Of a DNA stretch of 64,000 nucleotides, positions 43,346 through 53,122 are shown piece after piece. The notes beneath the pieces were generated by a model. That model worked only from the letters and a program-made list of their open reading frames with translations. It was not told where the DNA came from and did no database searches. This DNA comes from an uncultured Ruminococcus sp. (GTDB lineage: Bacteria; Actinomycetota; Coriobacteriia; Coriobacteriales; Coriobacteriaceae). The translations under genes were made by a program, and so were the position numbers. Location of the stretch: contig CAVCRP010000002.1 in assembly GCA_963604655.1 (NCBI GenBank), forward strand, positions 45,259-109,258. The letters run 5' to 3'. The stretch's first letter is position 1. The number at the start of each line of letters is the position of its first letter.

Positions 43346-43658
43346 TGAGTTTTTGGTCCTGTGGCTGTCGTCGTGGGCGGCCATCGCATTTTTCCGTATT
43401 GCCCCAGCGTTTGCCTTGCGCGGGAGAACGCTGTCGTCCCGCGTTACCGAGGCCTTGGGTTATATTCCGCCCGCCGCCTTTGCGGCGCTGGTCGCCAACG
43501 ACTTGGTGAGCCCCGGCGCGTTCGACGCGGGACCCTGGCCTGCCTTGGTTCCCTGGATTGCGGCTGCCGGCGTCGTGGCCGTGGCGGTCAAGACAAAATC
43601 GATGCTGTGGTGCTGTGTTTCGGGCATCGTGTTCTATATCGTTTTGAGCCTCATATAA
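43335..43658 (+). CDS. azlD: AzlD family branched-chain amino acid exporter subunit
   Basis: 107-aa hydrophobic protein MPVNEFLVLWLSSWAAIAFFRIAPAF..., with an 11-nt overlap with azlC. Confidence 0.8.
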   Translation: MPVNEFLVLWLSSWAAIAFFRIAPAFALRGRTLSSRVTEALGYIPPAAFAALVANDLVSPGAFDAGPWPALVPWIAAAGVVAVAVKTKSMLWCCVSGIVFYIVLSLI

Positions 43659-43800
43659 GAGCGGGGCACGTTTAGCGCCCCTGTCCAACGAATCGAATTT
43701 CTCACCGAGCTGGTCTATTTCTTCTGGTACCATGGTCAAACTTTACTGTAGCAAAGTGTGACGTGGGCTTTTGTACCCCGTCAGCGGAAATGGGGGTTTC

Positions 43801-44823
43801 ATGGCACAGGAAGCGACCGCCAACGAGCAAAAGAAATTCAAGGTCCCGCGCATCCCGGGCGACATCATGATCTATCCGATGATCGTCGGTCTTTTGCTCA
43901 ACACCTTCTGCCCGCAGGTTTTTGAGATCGGCGGCTTCTTTACGGCTGCCTGCCGCGGTGGCTCCAATACCATCGTCGCCGCGATCCTGCTGTTTGTGGG
44001 CGCCGGCATCAGCTTTAAGTCCACGCCGGGTGCCATCAAGACCGGTATCGTTGTGCTGATCCCCAAGCTGGTCGTCGCAGCGGCTCTCGGCCTGGGCGTG
44101 GCATATTTCTTTAACGACAACTTCCTGGGTCTGAGCTCCGTGTCTATCATCGGCGGCATCACGTTTTGCAACATGGCGCTCTATACGGGCATCATGGGCG
44201 AGTTCGGCGATGAGTCCGAGCAGGGCGCCGTCGGTATCCTGTTCTTTACGGCTGGCCCCGCCGTCACGATGATCATCCTCGGTGTTTCCGGCCTCGCCAA
44301 CATTCCCATTGGCACCATTATCGGCTCCATCTTGCCACTCGTTATTGGCATGGTTCTGGGCAACCTGTTCCCGTTTATCAAGAACCTGCTGGTCCCCGGT
44401 GCCAATCCCGCGATTGCCGTCATCGGATTTCAGCTCGGTGCGTCCATGAGCCTTTCGAGCTTCATCACCGGCGGCATCTCGGGCATCCTTCTGGGCCTCA
44501 TCACCCTCTTTATCGTTGGCTCCATCACCTTTGCCTTCGAGCGCTTGTGCGGCGGCAACGGCAAGGCCGCCGTTGCTTGCTCCACCATCGCCGGCACGGC
44601 TATGACCACGCCGGTTGCTCTTGCTGAGGTCGCGCCGCGCTATGCCGAGCTTGCGCCCACCGCGTATGCGCAGATCGCCACCGCCGTTATCATCACGGCG
44701 ATTATGGCTCCGATTCTGACTGGCTGGGTCGACAAGAAGTTCTGCCAAGGCAAGGAGGATCTGTCGCCTGTCGGTGTCGAGGCCATAGAGGAGGCCGTCG
44801 CGACTGACATCGATGGCGAGTAG
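43801..44823 (+). CDS. kdgT: 2-keto-3-deoxygluconate permease family transporter
   Basis: ...KFKVPRIPGDIMIYPMIVGLLLNTFCPQVF... is a KdgT-like N-terminus in a polytopic protein. ATG at 43801 follows GGGGG. Confidence 0.8.
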   Translation: MAQEATANEQKKFKVPRIPGDIMIYPMIVGLLLNTFCPQVFEIGGFFTAACRGGSNTIVAAILLFVGAGISFKSTPGAIKTGIVVLIPKLVVAAALGLGVAYFFNDNFLGLSSVSIIGGITFCNMALYTGIMGEFGDESEQGAVGILFFTAGPAVTMIILGVSGLANIPIGTIIGSILPLVIGMVLGNLFPFIKNLLVPGANPAIAVIGFQLGASMSLSSFITGGISGILLGLITLFIVGSITFAFERLCGGNGKAAVACSTIAGTAMTTPVALAEVAPRYAELAPTAYAQIATAVIITAIMAPILTGWVDKKFCQGKEDLSPVGVEAIEEAVATDIDGE

Positions 44824-44922
44824 CAATCGATACCCATCAATGATGCCGGCGTGTGCAATTCGCGCCGTATGGGCGCCCGAACAGAAACTGTTTTGCAGTG
44901 ATGTTCGGGCGCTCTGCTATTA

Positions 44923-44951
44923 TCCCCTTTACCCCTGCGGAGTAAAGGGGT
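44923..44951 (+). terminator. Hairpin + T-rich tract downstream of kdgT
   Basis: CCCCTTTAC-ccctgcgga-GTAAAGGGG followed by TGTTTATTG. It is preceded by a second hairpin GCGCCCGAACA...TGTTCGGGCGC (44871-44913). Confidence 0.5.
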
Positions 44952-45004
44952 GTTTATTGCCCTGATTCGAATTGGGCGATTCTGACCACTTGGATATTGA
45001 AGGG

Positions 45005-46156
45005 ATGGCGCTAGTGGTTAAGGCACTCAAGATTGAGATATTCGTGCTATGCATGATTGTTCTTATCGGGCTTGCCGTGCGAAGTCGTCGCTCCTTGTTC
45101 TCGAGCACCCAGCAGCTATTGTTTAGCATGCTTGGCTACACCTCTGCCGCGTACATATTATTCGATATGATCTGGACGCTTTCGGACGGTGTGGACGGCA
45201 CGTTGGGCATTGCTGCCAACTGGATTTCCAACGCGGTTTCGTTTTCGCTCTTTGCTATCGCGTGTCTCATTTGGTTTATCTATTCCGAGACGGTGCAGGG
45301 TTCTCGCCTTTTGACCTCGCGCTATAGGGTGGTGCTTGTAGCGTTGCCTACGGCTCTGGTGGTCGTGCTGGCGTTTACCAGTTACTGGACGCACGCCCTG
45401 TTCTATATCGATTCGCAGGGCGTGTATCGTCGCGGCTTTGCCTATATGATCCAGCCCATCGTCAGCTACTGTTACGTTATACATACGTCCCTGCATGCAT
45501 TTGTGCAATCTCGCAGGGTCGAGAGCCTGCAGACGAAGGCCATCTATCGAACCTTGGCATTTTTCGCCATTCCGGCCCTGGTGGGCGGTACCTTTCAGGT
45601 CGTATACTCGGTGCCCGGCCTTTGTGTCGGCATAATGATTAGCATGTTGCTGCTCTACATCATCTACCAGGAGCAGCTCATCTCGACCGACCCGTTGACT
45701 GGACTTAACAATCGCAACCGTTTTGAGACCTATATGCTGTCGCTCTTCTCAAATGTGGATCAGGCCGAAGATGTATATCTGCTTATGATGGACGCCGACG
45801 GCTTTAAGCAGATTAACGATCGCTATGGGCATGTGGAGGGCGACCACGCTCTTCAGGTCATATCCGCTGCGCTCAAAGAAGTCTGCTCGGCGTCTGGCGG
45901 CTTTATCGCACGTTATGGTGGCGATGAGTTCGTGGTGCTCCAAAAGGCAGTGGCGGAACAGGATATCATGCATCTGTGCGCGACAATCAACGATGAGCTC
46001 GCGCGCGCCGAGGTTTCGTATCTGTTGCGGATGTCCATCGGCTACGCACGGGTTGGTGATGGCGTCGATACCTGGCAAGACTTGCTTCGTGCTGCCGACG
46101 CGGAGCTCTACCGCGTAAAGCGCGAGAAGAAGAAAGCCGGCGTTCAGATACGCTAG
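45005..46156 (+). CDS. membrane-bound diguanylate cyclase (GGDEF domain)
   Basis: About 6 N-terminal TM helices, then DPLTGLNNRNRF...MMDADGFKQINDRYGHVEGDHAL...ARYGGDEFVVL (GGDEF active site). I saw no RxxD I-site 5 residues upstream. The start is ambiguous (TTG 44972 or ATG 45005). Confidence 0.85.
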   Translation: MALVVKALKIEIFVLCMIVLIGLAVRSRRSLFSSTQQLLFSMLGYTSAAYILFDMIWTLSDGVDGTLGIAANWISNAVSFSLFAIACLIWFIYSETVQGSRLLTSRYRVVLVALPTALVVVLAFTSYWTHALFYIDSQGVYRRGFAYMIQPIVSYCYVIHTSLHAFVQSRRVESLQTKAIYRTLAFFAIPALVGGTFQVVYSVPGLCVGIMISMLLLYIIYQEQLISTDPLTGLNNRNRFETYMLSLFSNVDQAEDVYLLMMDADGFKQINDRYGHVEGDHALQVISAALKEVCSASGGFIARYGGDEFVVLQKAVAEQDIMHLCATINDELARAEVSYLLRMSIGYARVGDGVDTWQDLLRAADAELYRVKREKKKAGVQIR

Positions 46157-46257
46157 GAAAAGGGGCGCACGCTGGCGTGCATGGCGGCCCTCGGCTCTCC
46201 GATGTACTCCATTAAACTAAAGTATGTGAATCCGCTCTGCTAAATAAGGGCAGTTCA

Positions 46258-47193
46258 TTAGGCTTTTTTGGGTTTGTTGACGATGATGATGCCGCCACAG
46301 ACCAACAGCAGGGCAACGATGACGGTAACGGGGCTCGTGCCAGCGCCCTCGCCGAGCAACAGCGCGCTCAGCAGCACGCCAAAGACCGGGTTCATAAACC
46401 CAAAGACCGAGACGCGGCTGACGGGGTTGACGGCAAGCAGGCGCGACCACAGCGAGTAGGCGACCGCGGAGATAAGGGCCATGTAGACAATGAGCGCGAT
46501 GGCGGGAGCGATTGCCGTGGGGGAGAGTGCGCCGCCCATCAGAAAGCCGATAGCGGTGAGGACGAGGCCGCCGACCAAGAACTGCCAGCCGGCAAGCAAC
46601 ACGCCGTCGTGCTCGCGCGAGAAGACGCCGATCAAGCAGGTCGAAAGGGCGCCCGCGACGGTGGAGGCCAGGATAAAGCCCTCGCCGTCGAGCGTAAAGC
46701 CAAAGGTGCCGTCGGCGCTCGAAAGGTTGACGAGTGCGACACCGGCAAAGCCCAACACACAGCCGAGCACCTTGGCCGCATCGAGCTTTTCGGTGCGAAA
46801 CGCCAGGGCGGCAAAGAGGATCGCCAAGAAGTTGGCGCTGGCCTCGATGATGGAGCTCGACATGGCACTGGCGCGCGAGAGGCCCAGGTAGAAAAAGAAG
46901 TACTGGCCGATGGTCTGGAAGAGCGACAGCGTGAGGATAGGCTTGATGTCGCGCACCTGCGGAACGAGCGGACGGCGCTGGGCCGCGCTCATGCCAACAA
47001 TGACGAGCGCGCCGGCAAGGGTGAAACGCAGGCCCGCGAAGAGCAGCTGCGAGGCGCTGTCGTGCGTGGGAATGCCAAAGAGCGCGTAGCCGATTTTGAT
47101 GCAGGGAAAAGCCGATCCCCAGAGCGCGCAGCAAACGAGGCAGCCCAAGATGAGTCCGGGCAGGGTGGCGAGATACGGCTTGCGGCTTTCCAT
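46258..47193 (-). CDS. EamA/DMT superfamily transporter
   Basis: MESRKPYLATLPGLILGCLVCCALWGSAFPCIK..., 10-TM EamA duplication. ATG at 47193 follows GGGAGGA. Confidence 0.85.
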   Translation of the reverse strand: MESRKPYLATLPGLILGCLVCCALWGSAFPCIKIGYALFGIPTHDSASQLLFAGLRFTLAGALVIVGMSAAQRRPLVPQVRDIKPILTLSLFQTIGQYFFFYLGLSRASAMSSSIIEASANFLAILFAALAFRTEKLDAAKVLGCVLGFAGVALVNLSSADGTFGFTLDGEGFILASTVAGALSTCLIGVFSREHDGVLLAGWQFLVGGLVLTAIGFLMGGALSPTAIAPAIALIVYMALISAVAYSLWSRLLAVNPVSRVSVFGFMNPVFGVLLSALLLGEGAGTSPVTVIVALLLVCGGIIIVNKPKKA

Positions 47194-47220
47194 AATGTCC
47201 TCCCGTTGCGTTTGAAGCAA

Positions 47221-47254
47221 AAAAGAACCCGCCACCGGGAGTGCCGGTGGCGGG
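47221..47254 (-). terminator. Rho-independent terminator of purL
   Basis: On the minus strand: CCCGCCACCGG-cactc-CCGGTGGCGGG followed by TTCTTTTTTG. Confidence 0.8.
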
Positions 47255-47292
47255 TGTTGTTACCCGATGGGATTGTACCCGATGGGAAAGGT

Positions 47293-50200
47293 TTAGGCGA
47301 AGTAGGCTACGCCGCTCTCAAAGATCGGCATGAACTTATCGCCGGGGACATGCTCGGGCACGTTACGGTACAGGTTATCGCCGCGACGCTCGGCGTGGCC
47401 CATCTTGCCCAAGACGCGGCCGTCGGGACTCGTGATGCCCTCGATGGCGAGTGCGGAGCCGTTGGGGTTGACGGAAAGATCCATACTCGGCTTGCCGTCC
47501 TCGCCCACGTACTGCGTGGCGACCTGGCCGTTGGCGATGAGCTGGGCGAGCACCTCGTCGTTGGCGACAAAGCGGCCCTCGCCGTGGCTGATGGCGACGG
47601 TGTAGGGGTCGTCGAGGCTGCACTGCGACAGCCACGGGGACAGATTGGACGAGATGCGGGTGCGCACCAGACGGCTCTGGTGGCGGCCGATGGTGTTGAA
47701 CGTCAGCGTGGGCGCATCGGGCGTGGCGTCGACGATGTCACCGTAGGGCACCAGACCGAGCTTGATCAGGGCCTGGAAGCCGTTGCAGATGCCCAGCATC
47801 AGGCCATCGCGGGCCTTGAGCAGGTCGCGGACGGCCTCGGTGACCTCGGGGGCGCGGAAGAACGCCGTGATGAACTTGGCGGAGCCGTCGGGCTCGTCGC
47901 CGCCCGAGAAGCCGCCGGGGATCATGACGATCTGGCTTGCACGGATGCGGCGGGCGAGCTCGTGGGTGCTCTCGGCGACGGCCTCGGGCGTGAGGTTGTT
48001 GATCACGAAGGTGTCGGCCTCGGCACCGGCGGCGCGGAACGCACGGGCGCTGTCGTACTCGCAGTTGTTGCCGGGGAACACGGGGATGACCACGCGCGGG
48101 CGGGCGATCTTGGCGCCACCGTACACATGGATATCCTTGGCGCGGAAGTCGATGGTCTCGACCTCGGCAGTCTCGCCGGCGCTGCGGTAGGCGAAGACGC
48201 CCTCGATGCCGCTCTCCCAAGCCTCCTGGAGCTCGGCGAGCTCGATGACCTCGGAGCCGGTGTCGATGACATAGCCCTCGACGGTGGTACCCAGGGGCTC
48301 GACGACAACGCCGTCGGCGACCTCGGGCAGCTCGGCGTCCTCGGCGAGCTCGACGATAAAGCTGCCGTAGAGCGGGGTGAAGAGGCTCTCCGCGTCCACA
48401 TCTTCGGCAAGCTCGATACCGATCTGGTTACCGACGCACATCTTAAAGAGGCTCTCGGCGCCGCAGCCGTAGCCGGGCGTGGAGATGGCCAGGGCGTTGC
48501 CGGTAGCAGTGAGCGCCTCGACGGCGTCAAACGCGGCGAGCAGCTGCTGAGCATCGGGGCGGTAGTCCTCGCCATAGGTGGCGGGGGCGATGCGGACGAC
48601 GCGGTGCGTGAGGCCCTTGAACTCGGGCGAGACGGCGCGGGCGGCCTTGCCCACGGCGACGGCGAAGCTGATCAGGGTCGGCGGAACGTTGAGCTCGCCG
48701 GCCTCGTCCTCAAACGAACCGCTCATGGAGTCCTTGCCGCCGATGGCGCCGGCACCCAGGTCGACCTGGGCCATAAGGGCACCCAGGACGGCAGCCATGG
48801 GCTTGCCCCAGCGCTCTGCTTCGGTGCGCAGGCGCTCGAAGTACTCCTGGAAGGAGAGGTAGGCGCGCTTGTGCTCAAAGCCGGCGGCAACGAGCTTGGC
48901 GATGGACTCGACCACGGACAGGTAGGCGCCCGCAAACTGGTCGGCCTCCATCAAATAGGGGTTGAAGCCCCATGCCATGGCACTCGCCGTGGTGGTCTCG
49001 CCGTCCACGGGGAACTTGGCGACCATGGCCGAGCTCGGGGTGAGCTGCGTCTTGCCGCCAAAAGGCATAAGCACGGTCGCGGCGCCGATGGTGGAGTCGA
49101 AGCGCTCGGACAGGCCCTTGTTGGAGGCGACGTTGAGGTCAGTGACAAGCGAGGTCATGCGCTCGGCAAGCGTGGTGCCGGCCCAGCTGGGCTGCCACAC
49201 GCTGCGGGCACAGACGTGGGCGACCTGGTGCTTGGGCGCGCCGTTGGAGTTGAGGAACTCGCGGGACAGATCGACGATGGCGACACCGTTCCAGGCCATG
49301 CGCATGCGCGGCTCGGCGGTAACCTCGGCGATAACGGTCGCCTCGAGGTTCTCCTCGGCGGCGTAGCCCATGAACTCCTCGACGTCACCGTCGGCGACGG
49401 CGCAGGCCATGCGCTCCTGGGACTCGGAAATGGCGAGCTCGGTGCCGTCCAGGCCGTCGTACTTCTTGGTCACGGTGTCCAGGTCGACATACAGGCCGTC
49501 GGCAAGCTCGCCCACGGCGACCGAGACGCCGCCGGCGCCAAAGTCGTTGCAGCGCTTGATCAGGCGGCAGGCGTCGCCGCGGCGGAACAGACGCTGCAGC
49601 TTGCGCTCGACCGGGGCGTTGCCCTTCTGGACCTCGGCGCCCGAGGTCTCGATGGACTCGGTGTTCTGGGTCTTGGAGGAGCCGGTGGCGCCGCCGATGC
49701 CGTCACGGCCGGTGCGGCCGCCCAGCAGGATGATCTTGTCAGTGGGGGCGGGGCACTCGCGACGCACGTGGTTTGCCGGGGTAGCGCCCACGACGGCGCC
49801 GACCTCCATGCGCTTGGCAACGTAGCCGGGGTGATAGAGCTCGTTGACCTGGCCGGTGGCAAGGCCGATCTGGTTGCCGTAGCTGGAGTAGCCGGCGGCA
49901 GCGGTGGTTACGAGCTTGCGCTGCGGCAGCTTGCCCTCGAGCGTCTCGGACACGGGGACGGTGGGGTCGCCGGCGCCGGTGACACGCATGGCCTGGTACA
50001 CGTAGCTGCGGCCCGACAGCGGGTCGCGGATGGCACCGCCCACGCAGGTGGCGGCACCGCCGAAGGGCTCGATCTCGGTCGGGTGGTTGTGGGTCTCGTT
50101 CTTAAAGAGGAACAGCCAGTCCTGGTCCTCGCCGTCGACATCGACCTTCACCTTGACGGTGCAGGCGTTAATCTCCTCGGACTCGTCGACATCGGTCATG

Positions 50201-51039
50201 ACGCCGGTCTTCTTGAGGTACTTGGCGCCGATGGTGCCCATGTCCATGAGGCAGACGGGCTTGGTGTCGCGACCGAGTTCGTGGCGCATCTCCATGTAGC
50301 GGTCGAAGGCCTGCTGCACCACGGCGTCGTCGATCGTCACGTTGTCCAGGACGGTGCCGAAGGTGGTGTGGCGGCAGTGATCGGACCAGTAGGTGTCGAT
50401 CACGCGGATCTCGGTGATGGTGGGGTCGCGATCCTCATCGCGGAAGTACTGCTGGCAGAAGGCGATGTCCGCCTCGTCCATGGCAAGGCCGCGCTCGGAA
50501 ATAAAGGCGGCAAGGCCGGCTTCGTCGAGCTCGCGGAAACCGTCGAGCACCTCGACGGGCTGGGGCTCGGGGGTCTCCATGTACAGCGTCTCGGGCAGGT
50601 CGAGCGAGGCGATGCGCGCCTCGACGGGGTTCACCACGTAGTGCTTGATGGCATCAATGGCGGCCTCGTCCAGAGCGCCCGAGATCATATAGACCTTGGC
50701 GGAGCGCACGGCGGGGCGCTCGCCCTGGCTGATGAGCTGCACGCACTCGCTGGCGGAGTCGGCGCGCTGGTCAAACTGGCCAGGCAGGAATTCGACGGCA
50801 AAGACGGCGCCATCGCTTGCGGGGAGCTCGTCGTAGGTCACATCGACCTGGGGCTCGCTAAAGACGGTCGGCACGCAGGACCGGAAAAGCTCCTTGTCGA
50901 TGCCCTCGACGTCGTAGCGGTTGATAATCCTCAGGGCCTCGATGCCCTTGATGCCGAGAATTTCGGTCAGCTCGCCCTTGAGCTGCTGAGCCTCGACGTC
51001 GAACCCGGGTTTCTTCTCCACGTAGATACGAGAGACCAT
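47293..51039 (-). CDS. purL: phosphoribosylformylglycinamidine synthase, single-chain (large PurL) type
   Basis: About 1248 aa starting MVSRIYVEKKPGFDVEAQQLKGEL, with ATP-grasp-like PurL repeats (...NETHNHPTEIEPFGGAATCVGGAIRD...) and a C-terminal glutaminase (...LGICNGFQALIKLGL...). ATG at 51039 follows GGAAGGCAGGA. Confidence 0.95.
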   Translation of the reverse strand: MVSRIYVEKKPGFDVEAQQLKGELTEILGIKGIEALRIINRYDVEGIDKELFRSCVPTVFSEPQVDVTYDELPASDGAVFAVEFLPGQFDQRADSASECVQLISQGERPAVRSAKVYMISGALDEAAIDAIKHYVVNPVEARIASLDLPETLYMETPEPQPVEVLDGFRELDEAGLAAFISERGLAMDEADIAFCQQYFRDEDRDPTITEIRVIDTYWSDHCRHTTFGTVLDNVTIDDAVVQQAFDRYMEMRHELGRDTKPVCLMDMGTIGAKYLKKTGVMTDVDESEEINACTVKVKVDVDGEDQDWLFLFKNETHNHPTEIEPFGGAATCVGGAIRDPLSGRSYVYQAMRVTGAGDPTVPVSETLEGKLPQRKLVTTAAAGYSSYGNQIGLATGQVNELYHPGYVAKRMEVGAVVGATPANHVRRECPAPTDKIILLGGRTGRDGIGGATGSSKTQNTESIETSGAEVQKGNAPVERKLQRLFRRGDACRLIKRCNDFGAGGVSVAVGELADGLYVDLDTVTKKYDGLDGTELAISESQERMACAVADGDVEEFMGYAAEENLEATVIAEVTAEPRMRMAWNGVAIVDLSREFLNSNGAPKHQVAHVCARSVWQPSWAGTTLAERMTSLVTDLNVASNKGLSERFDSTIGAATVLMPFGGKTQLTPSSAMVAKFPVDGETTTASAMAWGFNPYLMEADQFAGAYLSVVESIAKLVAAGFEHKRAYLSFQEYFERLRTEAERWGKPMAAVLGALMAQVDLGAGAIGGKDSMSGSFEDEAGELNVPPTLISFAVAVGKAARAVSPEFKGLTHRVVRIAPATYGEDYRPDAQQLLAAFDAVEALTATGNALAISTPGYGCGAESLFKMCVGNQIGIELAEDVDAESLFTPLYGSFIVELAEDAELPEVADGVVVEPLGTTVEGYVIDTGSEVIELAELQEAWESGIEGVFAYRSAGETAEVETIDFRAKDIHVYGGAKIARPRVVIPVFPGNNCEYDSARAFRAAGAEADTFVINNLTPEAVAESTHELARRIRASQIVMIPGGFSGGDEPDGSAKFITAFFRAPEVTEAVRDLLKARDGLMLGICNGFQALIKLGLVPYGDIVDATPDAPTLTFNTIGRHQSRLVRTRISSNLSPWLSQCSLDDPYTVAISHGEGRFVANDEVLAQLIANGQVATQYVGEDGKPSMDLSVNPNGSALAIEGITSPDGRVLGKMGHAERRGDNLYRNVPEHVPGDKFMPIFESGVAYFA

Positions 51040-51223
51040 TGGTTCCTGCCTTCCTGATCGGTTGGGCGTACGGTACGGTATGCGGCAGCGGTCGGTTTGC
51101 GGGGTCTGCCCTGCGGTCGCCTTGAGCCACATGTTTGTAAACCTCACTATGATACGACAGCTCGCGGCGCGTTGAGGACGGCGAGGGTGCTACAGTGAAG
51201 CGCAAACAAGAGAAAGGCATCAC

Positions 51224-52786
51224 ATGGCATTCGTTTCGCTCGCCATCATCGCACTCGTGGCCTTTGCGAGTCCTTTTATCGCCTCGGCGATTCCCGGAAA
51301 ACCCGTTCCCGAGACGGTCTTTTTGCTCGTGCTCGGCGCGGTACTGGGACCCCATATGCTCGGCGTCATCCATGTAGATGCTGAGGTCTCGCTTGTGTCC
51401 GAGCTGGGCCTGGCCTTTTTGTTCCTGCTTGCCGGCTTTGAGATCGACCCCAAGAGCATCACGGGCGTCGAGGGGCGCTACGGCTTGGCGACGTGGGTCG
51501 TCACGTTTGGTATCGCCTGGCTTGCCGTGCGCTTTACCCCGTGGTTCTCAGTCAGTCATTTCGACGGTATCGCTGTGACGCTTGCTCTTACCTCCACGGC
51601 GCTCGGCACGCTCGTGCCCATCATGCGTGAGCGCTCGCTTACCGGCACGCGCGTGGGCGACTCGATTCTCGCGTATGGCACTTGGGGCGAGCTCGGTCCC
51701 GTGCTCGCCATGTCGGTGCTGTTGTCTGCCCGCACTGGCATCCAAACGCTCGTTATCCTTGGCTTGTTTGCGGTGGTTTGCGTGTTGCTGGCCGTGGTCC
51801 CGAGCCGCTCCAAGCGCGTCGGCAGCCGCTTCTTTGCATTTGTTGAGGAGCGCGCCGATACCACGTCGCAGACCTTCGTGCGCCTGACGGTGCTCATCCT
51901 GGTCACGCTCGTGGCGTTCTCGGCTGTCTTTGATCTCGACATCGTGTTGGGTTCTTTTGCCGCCGGCTTTGTCCTGCGCTATATCATCCCCGAGGGCAAC
52001 CATACGCTCGAGACCAAGCTCGACGGTCTGGCCTACGGTTTTTTGATTCCGGTGTTCTTTACCGTATCGGGCGCAAAGATCGATCTGACGGCCGTGGCGT
52101 CGCGCCCGGGTCTGCTCGTGGGCTTTATCGTGGCGTTGTTGATTATTCGCGCCGTGCCTATTCTTATTTCCATGAGCATTTGTCCTGCGACGCGCGATGT
52201 GTCGGCGTATGGTCGCATTACCGTGGCCCTGTACTGCACCACGGCGCTGCCGATCATCGTTGCCGTTACGAGCGTTGCCGTCAACGCGGGCGCGCTGTCG
52301 CAAGATATTGCGTCGGTCATGGTTGCCGCCGGTGCCATCACGGTGTTCTTGATGCCGCTGCTCGCCCAGCTCTTCTATCGCGTGGTCGACGCCGCGCCGG
52401 TTGCCGCCGTGGCAGAAGTTGCCGAGCATCCTTCCGATGCGTTCGATATTCTGCGCGCCCATCACGACCTGGCGAGCCTGCTCGCACGCGAGCACGAGCT
52501 GCTGACCTCGCATGGCCATGGTCGCACACTCGACGGCATACCTACCCTTGATTCCATTGCCGACAGCCTCTCGGCCGAGGCGGCAAGCGGGCATATCGAT
52601 GCCCGTATCGTGGACGCCGCCCATTTGCTGGCCGAGAAGACCTATGGCGACGAGATCGACCCGTCCAAGCTCACCCCGCGCGAGCGCCGTCGCCTTGAGC
52701 GCGCCAAGCTCGCCGTGCACGAATACCGCCGCCGCATGCTGGAGCTCTATGCGCGCGATGAAGCCCAGGACGATGACGGCAAGTAG
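51224..52786 (+). CDS. cation:proton antiporter (CPA2-like) with soluble C-terminal extension
   Basis: MAFVSLAIIALVAFASPFIASAIPGKPVPETVFLLVLGAVLGPHMLG is Na+/H+ exchanger family-like. About 11 TM helices, then a ~120-aa charged tail. Confidence 0.85.
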   Translation: MAFVSLAIIALVAFASPFIASAIPGKPVPETVFLLVLGAVLGPHMLGVIHVDAEVSLVSELGLAFLFLLAGFEIDPKSITGVEGRYGLATWVVTFGIAWLAVRFTPWFSVSHFDGIAVTLALTSTALGTLVPIMRERSLTGTRVGDSILAYGTWGELGPVLAMSVLLSARTGIQTLVILGLFAVVCVLLAVVPSRSKRVGSRFFAFVEERADTTSQTFVRLTVLILVTLVAFSAVFDLDIVLGSFAAGFVLRYIIPEGNHTLETKLDGLAYGFLIPVFFTVSGAKIDLTAVASRPGLLVGFIVALLIIRAVPILISMSICPATRDVSAYGRITVALYCTTALPIIVAVTSVAVNAGALSQDIASVMVAAGAITVFLMPLLAQLFYRVVDAAPVAAVAEVAEHPSDAFDILRAHHDLASLLAREHELLTSHGHGRTLDGIPTLDSIADSLSAEAASGHIDARIVDAAHLLAEKTYGDEIDPSKLTPRERRRLERAKLAVHEYRRRMLELYARDEAQDDDGK

Positions 52787-52799
52787 CCGATGCCGGGTC

Positions 52800-53122
52800 G
52801 GAAAGTGCGTTCCAGTATGAAGGCTCAAAACGGGATGAATTTTCCGCGGAAGGCTCAACCGGAAACCATGTCCCATTATTCGGCTAGATTCCGGGACACG
52901 CTTTCCCAAACAGGCCCCTTTGGGAAAATGCATCCCGGAATCGGTGTCCAAAGCGGGACGCGCTTTCCCAAAGAGGGCTCCGGGGGAAACTGCGTCCCAC
53001 TCTGAGGTGGAATACCGGGACACAGTTTCCCGTTCAAACAGAAGAAGGCGCGCTGCCTGCGGTTGATGCAGACAGCGCGCCTTTTGCGTAAGGCTCTGTT
53101 GAGGTTCGAAGCCGAAGCTTGC
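52800..53122 (+). repeat. ~320-bp composite repeat, copy A (alternating inverted GGGA-N7-TCCC 15-mers + terminator hairpin)
   Basis: 15-mers start at 52800, 52832, 52861, 52893, 52922, 52955, 52984 and 53017, with alternating orientation and 29/32-33 nt spacing. Hairpin AAGGCGCGCTGCCTGC-ggttgat-GCAGACAGCGCGCCTT+TTTG is at 53045-53085. It is colinear with 54569-54892. Confidence 0.75.

Noticed and set aside
46609-51057. 1482-aa plus-strand ORF, the longest in the window
   Set aside because: It is antisense to purL, whose product is colinear with large FGAM synthases. The product is Gly/Ala/Asp/Val low complexity, a shadow ORF.
51040-51223. ZTP (pfl) or purine riboswitch upstream of purL
   Set aside because: The minus-strand leader lacks the GGGTCGTGACTGGCG...CCGCCTGGGC ZTP cores and the purine-riboswitch loop-loop consensus. 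I saw only a generic GC-rich leader with an SD.
52790-53005. Small ORFs inside the repeat blocks (52790-53005, 54533-54769, 54557-54835) giving reiterated G-T/M-Q/H-F-P peptides
   Set aside because: The periodicity is explained at DNA level by the alternating inverted 15-mers. ORFs appear on both strands and in different frames in the two copies, and there is no SD. They are most likely non-coding.
52800-53031. Possible CRISPR array
   Set aside because: The repeats are only 15 nt, alternate in orientation, are separated by 14-18 nt conserved (not unique) spacers, and the whole block is duplicated. There are no cas genes in the window.
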